This document shows, piece by piece, positions 29,187-37,100 of a stretch of DNA of 64,000 nucleotides (positions are counted from its first letter, which is position 1; every line of letters begins with the position of its first letter). Position numbers and translations under genes: made by a program. The stretch is from positions 1,984,001-2,048,000 of the forward strand of contig OY843592.1 of assembly GCA_963692865.2 (NCBI GenBank), written 5' to 3'. The notes beneath the pieces were generated by a model, which saw only the letters and a program-made list of their open reading frames with translations, did no database searches and was not told the origin of the DNA. The stretch is from a bacterium. GTDB lineage: Bacteria; UBA8248.

Positions 29187-30419
29187 TCACGCGTCGATGA
29201 CCCTGAAACTCCTGTCCTGGGGAATGAGCATCTCCCATCCGTTTTCCTTCACGACGACCGAGTATTCGATCTGGTAGCCCCCCAGGCCGAACGTGCCGAT
29301 GGGCGCCTCGATGTTGATCACCGAATCGACGGGCAGGGGGATCTCCGAAGTTTCCGGGTAGAATGGCTGGCTGTGTTTCGATTCGGGCCCCAGTATGAAG
29401 GGGAACTCCCGCGCTTCCAGCCCTATCGTGTGGCCTGCGAACGGGGCGTCGAACTCGGGGAAGCGCGACTGGATTCCCTTGACCAGCGCCTGGTATATCT
29501 GGTTGCCCGTGCAGCCCGCCTTTATGACCTCAAGACTTTCGTGGAATCCCTCCTCGACCCCCTTCCATTCGCGCTGCACGCGCGCGCTCGGCTCGCCGAT
29601 AGAGCCGCAGCTTCCCGTGTCGGCGTTGTAGTTCTTGTGAAAGAGACCCGCGTCGAACATGAAGCCGTCGCCCTTCTGGAGCTTTCTGTCGGTGGGCGGG
29701 AAGATGAAGACGCCCCTCGGGCCGGAGTTGAAGTGGAACCAGTGCCACATGCCGCCGGGCCGGGCCACCTCCTGCCGCCAGACCTCGGCCACCTCGCGCT
29801 CGCTCACGCCCTCGCGCAGAAACCCGAATACCTTCGTGATGGCGTCTTCGTTCACCCGGGCCGCCTCGCGGAGACGTTCGAGTTCATCCGCCGTCTTGAC
29901 GAGGCGCGTCATCAGGAACAGGCCCGATCCCGGAATGAATTCACAATTGGGGAGTTTCTCCTTCAAGGTGGCGAACAGGCTGTCCGGGCAGCCCTCCTCG
30001 TCCAGGGCGATTCTGCCGGAGGTGATGCCCCGGTCCCTGAGCGCGGCGAGGAGTCCGTCGAGCAGGGTCGCGTGTTTGGCCCCGCTCGCGTGGAGTTCGC
30101 GGTAGCGCCTCATTTCGTCGTCGTGCGGTTCGTAGCCCTCCGGCTCGATGTGGTTCGCCTGTCCGCCCCAGACGTAGACGTTCTCCGCGTGTCCGCCGTA
30201 GGCGGCGTAATAGGTGTTGTCCGCGCGGTTCATGACGAGGTCGGCGCCGGCGTCTGGATTGTTGGTGAGCACGCCGTAGCTTTTGCGCGCGCGGTAGACC
30301 CGCTGCGCCCAGCCGATATGGCCCGTCAGGTAGGTGACGTTCTCGAGCGTCGTGCCGATCATGGCCGCCACGTCGTGTTCCCGCATCAGTTCCAGCGCGC
30401 GTTCCCTGTTGTAGAGCAT
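29187..30419 (-). CDS. M24 family (Xaa-Pro peptidase/creatinase-like) metallohydrolase
   Basis: VKTADELE; D.G.....Y.AD; GHTIGL; E and E metal ligands. Confidence 0.88.
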   Translation of the reverse strand: MLYNRERALELMREHDVAAMIGTTLENVTYLTGHIGWAQRVYRARKSYGVLTNNPDAGADLVMNRADNTYYAAYGGHAENVYVWGGQANHIEPEGYEPHDDEMRRYRELHASGAKHATLLDGLLAALRDRGITSGRIALDEEGCPDSLFATLKEKLPNCEFIPGSGLFLMTRLVKTADELERLREAARVNEDAITKVFGFLREGVSEREVAEVWRQEVARPGGMWHWFHFNSGPRGVFIFPPTDRKLQKGDGFMFDAGLFHKNYNADTGSCGSIGEPSARVQREWKGVEEGFHESLEVIKAGCTGNQIYQALVKGIQSRFPEFDAPFAGHTIGLEAREFPFILGPESKHSQPFYPETSEIPLPVDSVINIEAPIGTFGLGGYQIEYSVVVKENGWEMLIPQDRSFRVIDA

Positions 30420-30624
30420 GTTTTTCTCCCTGAAAAAAATCCTTTTGCTGCACGGAATTTTGTTGGAAAATATCTCGGGTGGAATATGTATCACAACCAA
30501 AGCGCATCAAGCGAGGCTGCGCGCCTTGACAGATCCGGGCCGAAGCGCAAGGTTTAATGATGGCGACGGTGTTTGGTCGTCTCCATGATTGGCCAGATTC
30601 ATCATCGTGAAGGGGGAGTCGAGC

Positions 30625-31200
30625 GTGGAACTGGATCGCGCGAGCGCAGAGGCGCTCTTGTTCGAGTGGACGAAAAGCCCGGGCCTGAGAGCGCACGCCC
30701 GCGCCGTGGAGGCCGCCCTGCGCGCCTACGCGAGAAAATACGGAGAGGACGAGGCGCTTTGGGGGGCCACAGGCCTTTTGCACGACATGGATTACGAAAA
30801 GCATCCCTCCCCTGAGGAGCACCCCGAGACGGGCTGCGCCGTCCTGCGCGAGGCGGGCTATCCCGAGGAGATGATACAGGCCATTCTGGGCCACGCGCAG
30901 TATCTGAACGTCCCGCGGGAGACGCGGCTCGCCCAGGCGCTCTTCGCCGTGGATGAACTGGTGGGCCTCATCACCGCCGTCGCCCTGGTGAACCCGGCGA
31001 AGGACATCCGCCAGGTGAAGCCGCGAAGCATCCGGAAAAAATGGAAGGACAAGAATTTCGCCAAGGGCGTGAACCGCGCGGACGTGGAGCTGGGCGCCTC
31101 TGAACTGGGAGTGCCTTTGGAGGAGCACGTCGCCTTCACGCTGGAGGCCATGCAGGGCGCCGCCTCGGATTTGGGCCTCGACGGCTCCCGTGCGGGCTGA
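30625..31200 (+). CDS. HD-domain (HDIG-type) hydrolase
   Basis: H...GLLHDMDYE...H...GH...AVDEL motifs. Confidence 0.9.
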   Translation: MELDRASAEALLFEWTKSPGLRAHARAVEAALRAYARKYGEDEALWGATGLLHDMDYEKHPSPEEHPETGCAVLREAGYPEEMIQAILGHAQYLNVPRETRLAQALFAVDELVGLITAVALVNPAKDIRQVKPRSIRKKWKDKNFAKGVNRADVELGASELGVPLEEHVAFTLEAMQGAASDLGLDGSRAG

Positions 31201-31237
31201 TGTATTTGATTTTTTTGTAAAAAAACCTTGATTTGCG

Positions 31238-31266
31238 TTGACGGCTATAATTGATTTCCGCATAAT
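31238..31266 (+). promoter_or_regulatory. Sigma70-type promoter upstream of korA
   Basis: TTGACG-17 nt-CATAAT in an AT-rich spacer. Confidence 0.6.
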
Positions 31267-31419
31267 TCGCAGTCGGCTGCTTGGTCGATGAATCGCCACT
31301 CGGACTCAAAAAAGACATGCTTGAAAAAGACATGCGCGACATATGGTATCTCTCATTGAATAAAACCCTCCACGTATTTTCCGACACATCGTCAATACAA
31401 CTAAAGGACATTCAAACCA

Positions 31420-33276
31420 ATGGCTGAGTCTTCAGGTAAACACGGGGCCGAGAAGCAGCTTGTCGAACTCGAAACGGTGGCGATTCGCTTCGCCGGGGAT
31501 TCCGGCGACGGGATGCAGCTCACCGGAGACAGGTTCACGAACGCGGCGGCCATCGCCGGGAACGATCTGAGCACGTTCCCCGACTTTCCCGCCGAGATCC
31601 GCGCGCCCGTCGGAACCCTCGCCGGAGTGAGCGGATTCCAGATCAACTTCTCGAGCAGGGACATCCACACGCCCGGCGACGCTGTGGACGTTCTCGTGGC
31701 GATGAACCCCGCCGCGCTCAAGACGAGCATCGGCGATTTGAAGAGCGGGGGAATCGTCATCGCCAACGTCGACAACTTCGGCCAGAAGAACCTGGTCAAG
31801 GCCGGCTATGAGTCCAACCCCCTCGAGGACGAGGAGTTCAAGAGCAACTACCAGGTCCACGAGGTGAAGATCACCTCCATGACGCGCCAGGCCCTCGAAG
31901 ACATGGAGCTTCAGTCCAACCTGGCGGACCGGTGCAAGAACTTCTTCGCGCTGGGGCTCATGTACTGGATGTACTCTCGTCCGCTGGAGCCGACCAAGGA
32001 GTGGATCGAGGAGAAGTTCGGGAAACGCCCCGAGTTCGTGCAAGCCAACACGCGCGCGCTGGAGGCGGGCTATTTCTTCGGCGAGAACACCGAGGTCTTC
32101 ACCAGCAACTACATCGTGCGCGAGGCGACGTATCCGGCCGGCAGGTACAGGAACATCTCGGGCAACGTCGCTCTGGCCTACGGCTTCATCGCGGCGACGA
32201 AGAAGATGGGGATCAACCTCTTCTGGGGCGCCTATCCGATTACGCCCGCCAGCGACGTCCTCCACGAACTCTCCCGCCACAAGAATTTCGGCGTGCAGAC
32301 CTTCCAGGCGGAAGACGAAATAGCGGCCGTCTCCGCGGCCCTCGGCGCCTCGTTCACGGGCTCGCTGGGCGTGACGTGCTCCAGCGGCCCCGGCATCGCC
32401 TTGAAGGCGGAAGCCATGGGCCTGGGCGTGATGACGGAGCTTCCCATGGTCATCGCCGACATCCAGCGCGGCGGCCCGAGCACGGGGCTTCCCACGAAGA
32501 CCGAGCAGGCCGACCTGCTTCAAGTCATGTTCGGTCGCAACAGCGAAAGCCCGCTGCCGATCGTGGCGGCGGCCACGCCGGGGGATTGCTTCTGGACGGC
32601 GATAGAGGCGTGCCGCCTGGCGGTGAAATACATGACGCCCGTGGTGGTCCTGAGCGACGGCTATCTGGCCAACGGCTCGGAACCCTGGCTTCTGCCCAAG
32701 GCGGAGGATATTCCCGAGATGCCGGTGACCTTCCGCACGGAGCCGGAAGGGTTCCTGCCCTATCTTCGCGACCCCGAAACGCTGGCGCGCCCATGGGCGA
32801 TTCCCGGAACGCCAGGGCTGGAGCACAGGATCGGCGGCATCGAGAAGGAAGACAGAACCGGCAACGTCAACTACGAGCCCGAGAACCACGAGTTCATGGT
32901 GCGCACGCGCGATGAGAAGATCGCGGGCATCGCGAAGGACATCCCGCCCGCCGAGGTTATCGGCGAGGCGAGCGGCAAGGTTCTCGTCATCGGCTGGGGT
33001 GGCACCTTCGGCGCCATCACGGCGGCGATAGAGGCCCTGCAGGCCCGGGGCGCCTCCGTATCCCAGGTTCACCTCCGCCATCTCAACCCCTTCCCGGCGA
33101 ACCTCGAAGAAGTGCTCGGCAATTTCGAAACGATTCTCGTCCCCGAATTGAACCTGGGACAGCTCTCCAAGATGCTGCGCTACCGGTATCTGATCGATAC
33201 GGTCAGCTTCAACAAGATTCAGGGAAAGCCCTTCAAGGTCGGCGAACTGATTACCAAGATTGAGGAGTTACTCTAA
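31420..33276 (+). CDS. korA: 2-oxoacid:ferredoxin oxidoreductase alpha subunit (gamma-alpha fusion)
   Basis: RFAGDSGDGMQLTG, YPITPAS, QAEDEIAA and QRGGPSTGLPTK. Confidence 0.95.
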   Translation: MAESSGKHGAEKQLVELETVAIRFAGDSGDGMQLTGDRFTNAAAIAGNDLSTFPDFPAEIRAPVGTLAGVSGFQINFSSRDIHTPGDAVDVLVAMNPAALKTSIGDLKSGGIVIANVDNFGQKNLVKAGYESNPLEDEEFKSNYQVHEVKITSMTRQALEDMELQSNLADRCKNFFALGLMYWMYSRPLEPTKEWIEEKFGKRPEFVQANTRALEAGYFFGENTEVFTSNYIVREATYPAGRYRNISGNVALAYGFIAATKKMGINLFWGAYPITPASDVLHELSRHKNFGVQTFQAEDEIAAVSAALGASFTGSLGVTCSSGPGIALKAEAMGLGVMTELPMVIADIQRGGPSTGLPTKTEQADLLQVMFGRNSESPLPIVAAATPGDCFWTAIEACRLAVKYMTPVVVLSDGYLANGSEPWLLPKAEDIPEMPVTFRTEPEGFLPYLRDPETLARPWAIPGTPGLEHRIGGIEKEDRTGNVNYEPENHEFMVRTRDEKIAGIAKDIPPAEVIGEASGKVLVIGWGGTFGAITAAIEALQARGASVSQVHLRHLNPFPANLEEVLGNFETILVPELNLGQLSKMLRYRYLIDTVSFNKIQGKPFKVGELITKIEELL

Positions 33277-34299
33277 ATGTCCACGACGACAGCCAAGAAC
33301 GGCGGGGGGCTGGGCCTCACCCGCAAGGATTTTCAGTCCGACCAGGTCGTGCGCTGGTGCCCGGGTTGCGGTGACTACGCGATTCTGGCCCAGATGCAGA
33401 AGGTGCTGCCGACGCTCGAGATTCCGCGCGAGAAGTTCGTGTTCATCTCCGGCATCGGTTGCGCCGCGCGCTTTCCCTACTACATGGACACGTTCGGCTT
33501 CCATACCATTCACGGGCGAGCGCCCGCGTTCGCCACGGGCGTGAAGGTGAGCAATCCGGATCTTTCCGTCTGGGTCATCAGCGGCGACGGCGACGCGCTG
33601 AGCATCGGCGGCAACCACTTGATCCACGCCATGCGCCGCAACGTGGGCGTGAAAATCGTCCTTTTCAACAACCGCGTGTACGGCCTGACGAAAGGCCAGT
33701 ACTCGCCCACCTCGCTTCTGGGCTCACGCACGAAGTCCACGCCCATCGGCTCGGTGGACTATCCGCTCCACCCGCTGACGCTGGCCCTGGGGGCGGAGTG
33801 CAGCTTCGTCGGCCGCACGACGGACAGGGACCAGAGGCACATGGCCTCGATGTTCGAGGAGATGGCGAACCACGAGGGAACGTCGATGCTCGAAGTGCTG
33901 CAGAACTGCATCGTGTTCAACGACGGCGCGTGGCACAAGTTCACCGAAAAGGGCCTCAAGGAACAGAACGTGATGTATCTCGAAGACGGCCGGCCCCTCG
34001 TCTACGGCCCGGAGGATGACCGCAAGGGCATTTCCCTCGAGGATTACAAGGTCCGCGTCGTCGAGGCCGACTCTCCCGACGTCACCGTCCACCGCGTGAA
34101 TGACGAGTCGGGCGGCTACGCCCACATCCTGAGCCGGGTAGAACTCGAAGGCGGCCCCGTGCCGCTGGGCGTGCTGAGAAAGGTGGAGCGTCCGCCGTTC
34201 GAGGGATTGATGGTCGATCAGGTCGCCGCGGCCCAGGTGAAAGGCGAGGGCGATATCGACGCGCTGCTCAACTCGGGAGACACCTGGGAGCACCACTAG
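33277..34299 (+). CDS. korB: 2-oxoacid:ferredoxin oxidoreductase beta subunit
   Basis: WCPGCGD; TPP-binding GDGD...NN; YGLTKGQYSPT. Confidence 0.95.
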   Translation: MSTTTAKNGGGLGLTRKDFQSDQVVRWCPGCGDYAILAQMQKVLPTLEIPREKFVFISGIGCAARFPYYMDTFGFHTIHGRAPAFATGVKVSNPDLSVWVISGDGDALSIGGNHLIHAMRRNVGVKIVLFNNRVYGLTKGQYSPTSLLGSRTKSTPIGSVDYPLHPLTLALGAECSFVGRTTDRDQRHMASMFEEMANHEGTSMLEVLQNCIVFNDGAWHKFTEKGLKEQNVMYLEDGRPLVYGPEDDRKGISLEDYKVRVVEADSPDVTVHRVNDESGGYAHILSRVELEGGPVPLGVLRKVERPPFEGLMVDQVAAAQVKGEGDIDALLNSGDTWEHH

Positions 34300-34313
34300 T
34301 TTTCGTCGCCTCC

Positions 34314-34347
34314 AAGGGCCGCCGGCCTCCTTTCCGGCGGCCTTTTT
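34314..34347 (+). terminator. Rho-independent terminator after korB
   Basis: GGCCGCCGG-loop-CCGGCGGCC followed by TTTTT. Confidence 0.75.
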
Positions 34348-34371
34348 CACGCCTCCGGGCGTCCGGAACCC

Positions 34372-35241
34372 ATGTCCAAGACCTTCACCCTCCTACTCGT
34401 TCACGCGCACCCCGACGATGAGTGCAGCAGCACGGGCGGCCTGATTCTCAGGAGCGCGCGCGAAGGCCACCGCGTCGTGCTCGTCACCTGCACCAACGGC
34501 GAGATGGGCAAGATGGAGCATTTGGACGGGAACCTCGACCCCGACTCGGAGGCGGACCAGAGCAGGCTCGGGGAGATCAGGCTGGAAGAACTCGCGCTGG
34601 CGGCCCGGATTTTGCGGATTTCCGAAGTCCACACCCTGGGCTATCGCGACTCGGGCATGGACGGCTGGGAGGGCAACGGGCACCCCGAGGCGTTCAGGAA
34701 CGCCGATGAGGAAGAAGTCGTCGGCAAGCTGGTGGACCATATCCGCCGCTGTCGCCCCGACGTGGTCGTCACCTACAACGAGCAGGGCGGATACGGCCAC
34801 CCCGATCACTTGAAGGCGAACAAGGTCACCACCGAGGCGATAGAAGCGGCCGCGGACCCCGCCCGATTCCCCGGCAGCGGGGAGGAGGCCTGGCGCGTGC
34901 TCAAGTTCTACCACACGGCGTGGTCGCGCTCGAAGATGCTGCGCGCCTGGCGGTGGATGAAGTTGTTCGGGCAGAAAACGCCGCTCGACGATCCCGACTT
35001 CCGTGAGGACAAGTACGGGACCCCGGATGAGCTCATCACCACCCGCGTGAACATCCGCAGATATTTGCGCCGCAAATGGCGCGCCCTCACCGCGCACAGG
35101 AGCCAGATCAACGGGAATTTCTTCTGGTGGTTCGTCCGTATGACGGGGCGCTGGCTCTACAACGAGGAGACCTTCGTTTGCGCCCAATCGCAGGTAGCGG
35201 TGCGAGAGGGCGAAAGGTCGGTGTTCGAGGGCCTATCCTGA
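34372..35241 (+). CDS. PIG-L family deacetylase (MshB/Mca-like)
   Basis: VHAHPDDE, GYRDSGM, GGYGHPDH and AHRSQ. Confidence 0.92.
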   Translation: MSKTFTLLLVHAHPDDECSSTGGLILRSAREGHRVVLVTCTNGEMGKMEHLDGNLDPDSEADQSRLGEIRLEELALAARILRISEVHTLGYRDSGMDGWEGNGHPEAFRNADEEEVVGKLVDHIRRCRPDVVVTYNEQGGYGHPDHLKANKVTTEAIEAAADPARFPGSGEEAWRVLKFYHTAWSRSKMLRAWRWMKLFGQKTPLDDPDFREDKYGTPDELITTRVNIRRYLRRKWRALTAHRSQINGNFFWWFVRMTGRWLYNEETFVCAQSQVAVREGERSVFEGLS

Positions 35242-35250
35242 GCCGCCTGA

Positions 35251-35557
35251 GGGTTGTTGAAAAAGTCCTGAATTTGTGAGTCGGAATATGGAACCGACCG
35301 GGGGGTGTAGCGGACAGGCCCCTGCGCCTGTCCGAGGTCGCGACCTGTCCCTACGAGGTGGTGTGGTTTTGTTCGTCATTCCGGCGCATGCCGGAATCCA
35401 GGGACTTTGCCTTTGTTTTTTGTTTCTTTTGTATTCCCGCCAATGAGTGAGGGATGAAAAACCGAAGCGCCGCCATTCTCCTCGGCTCTGGATTCCGGCA
35501 TGCGCCGGAATGACGGCGGTGGCCAATTGCGAGCGAGGAGGGCTTTCTCAACAACCC
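35251..35557. mobile_element. MITE with perfect 10-bp TIR and perfect 8-bp target-site duplication
   Basis: GGGTTGTTGA...TCAACAACCC flanked by CCGCCTGA at 35243-35250 and 35558-35565; cargo is a GTAG pair and a CGTC pair. Confidence 0.85.
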
Positions 35558-35946
35558 CCGCCTGAAAAGGGTTTGCTGACCTCGATCAGAAACCCGTTCG
35601 GGTCCTTCAGCATGAACATGCGCACGCCCCAGGGAGCGTCACGGGGCGGGAAGATAACCTCTGCTCCCTTTGCGATGAGCGCGTCATGGGCGCGGTCCAC
35701 GTCCTCGGGCGTGAGCGTGACGACCACCCCCGAGCCCCTGGGCTCCCGGATGGGTTCGAGATTCCACTTGCGCATCTCCTCATCCGAAATCGGCGCGTGG
35801 ATGACGAGCGAGGTTCCCCCCAGGTCATAGCGCACGTGGTCTTTCGTCCGGCTCGCTTCTTTCAGCCCCAGTGTTTCGGTATAAAAACGACAAGACGCCT
35901 CGTAATCCTTTACGATGAGGAAAACGGCGGGCAGCGATTCGAACAA
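35548..35946 (-). CDS. VOC (glyoxalase/bleomycin-resistance) family protein
   Basis: RBS AAGGAG plus TTG start; FYTETLGL and PWGVRMFMLKDPNGFLIEV. Confidence 0.9.
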   Translation of the reverse strand: MFESLPAVFLIVKDYEASCRFYTETLGLKEASRTKDHVRYDLGGTSLVIHAPISDEEMRKWNLEPIREPRGSGVVVTLTPEDVDRAHDALIAKGAEVIFPPRDAPWGVRMFMLKDPNGFLIEVSKPFSGGGC

Positions 35947-35991
35947 GTGAAGGCTCCTTGATGTTCTGATGCGCCGGTTTGGAGAGACGGT

Positions 35992-36675
35992 ATGACCCAT
36001 CCCCTGGTCGAACTGAAAGAGGTATCCAAAACCTACATCGCGGGCGACGTGCGCATCCACGCGCTCAGGGACGTCAGCTTCCGGGCGGAACAGGGCGAGT
36101 TTATCACGGTTTCGGGCCCGAGCGGGTCGGGCAAGAGCACGTTTTTGCATCTGATGGGCGCGGTCGATGCGCCCACCAGCGGCGAGGTGTTTCTGGGCGG
36201 CCGCGAAATATCGCGCCTGAGCGATGAGGGCTTGAGCGAAATCCGCCGGAAAGAGGTGGGTTTCATCCATCAGTTCTTTCATCTCATGCCGACGATGACC
36301 GCTTACGAAAACGTCGCCCTGCCTCTCATGCTTCAAGCCCGGAAACGAGCCGATGTCGTAGAAATGGCCGAAAACGCCCTGGGGCGCGTGGGGCTTGCGA
36401 ACCGGACGCGCAGCTTCCCGAGGCAGCTTTCGGGCGGCGAGATGCAGCGCGTGGCCGTTGCGCGCGCCATCATCCACAAGCCCCGCCTCATCCTCGCCGA
36501 TGAGCCGACGGGAAATCTCGATTCCGAGAACTCGCAAAACGTCCTGGAACTCGTCTCAGAACTCCACGAGGAAGACGGTTTCACGATCATCATGGCGACG
36601 CACGACCAGATGCCCTTGCGCTACGCCACGCGGCGGGTCGGGATTACCGACGGCCGCCTGGAGGAGGGGTGTTGA
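35992..36675 (+). CDS. ABC transporter ATP-binding protein (LolD/MacB-like)
   Basis: GPSGSGKS, LSGGEMQRVAVAR and ILADEPTGNLD. Confidence 0.95.
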   Translation: MTHPLVELKEVSKTYIAGDVRIHALRDVSFRAEQGEFITVSGPSGSGKSTFLHLMGAVDAPTSGEVFLGGREISRLSDEGLSEIRRKEVGFIHQFFHLMPTMTAYENVALPLMLQARKRADVVEMAENALGRVGLANRTRSFPRQLSGGEMQRVAVARAIIHKPRLILADEPTGNLDSENSQNVLELVSELHEEDGFTIIMATHDQMPLRYATRRVGITDGRLEEGC

Positions 36676-37084
36676 AAAAGACCTGGGGGGTCGGTCGAGA
36701 TTTTGTAGGTGGCGGCCCCTCCTCGGGGCCGCCCCACACATATATGCGGCCCTCTCCGTCCAGCATGCGGGTCGCATGTATGCGACCCCTACACTTGCGC
36801 TGCAGACGGGGTCGCCTACGCGTAGTCGGACACCATACCGACCTCACCCTGAGTAGCCGCCGGAGGCGGCGTATCGAAGGGCGAGAGGGCATCCTTCGAT
36901 ACGCGGCTTCGCCGCTACTCAGGATGAGGCGGAGAGGGTTTTTTCAACGACTCCATATATGCGACCCGACCGGTTTGCGGCATGTGGACCGCATATATGT
37001 CAGACATATTCTGACCTACACACCCTTCGGCGAAGCGATACCGCGTCGCCGTTATACCGGCATCGCAGGGCTTTCCAACAACAC
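36666..37084. mobile_element. MITE-like mosaic inserted between ABC ATPase and permease
   Basis: GGGGTGTTGAAAAAG left end, TTTCCAACAACAC right end, an additional internal right end near 36940, and several palindromic modules. Confidence 0.75.
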
Positions 37085-37100
37085 CGGAAGAGGCTGACTG

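Noticed and set aside
35548-36675. VOC and ABC ATPase both end in Gly-Cys-TGA, resembling GCU selenoprotein tails
   Set aside because: The TGT TGA comes from the MITE terminal repeat, and these families have no conserved tail there.
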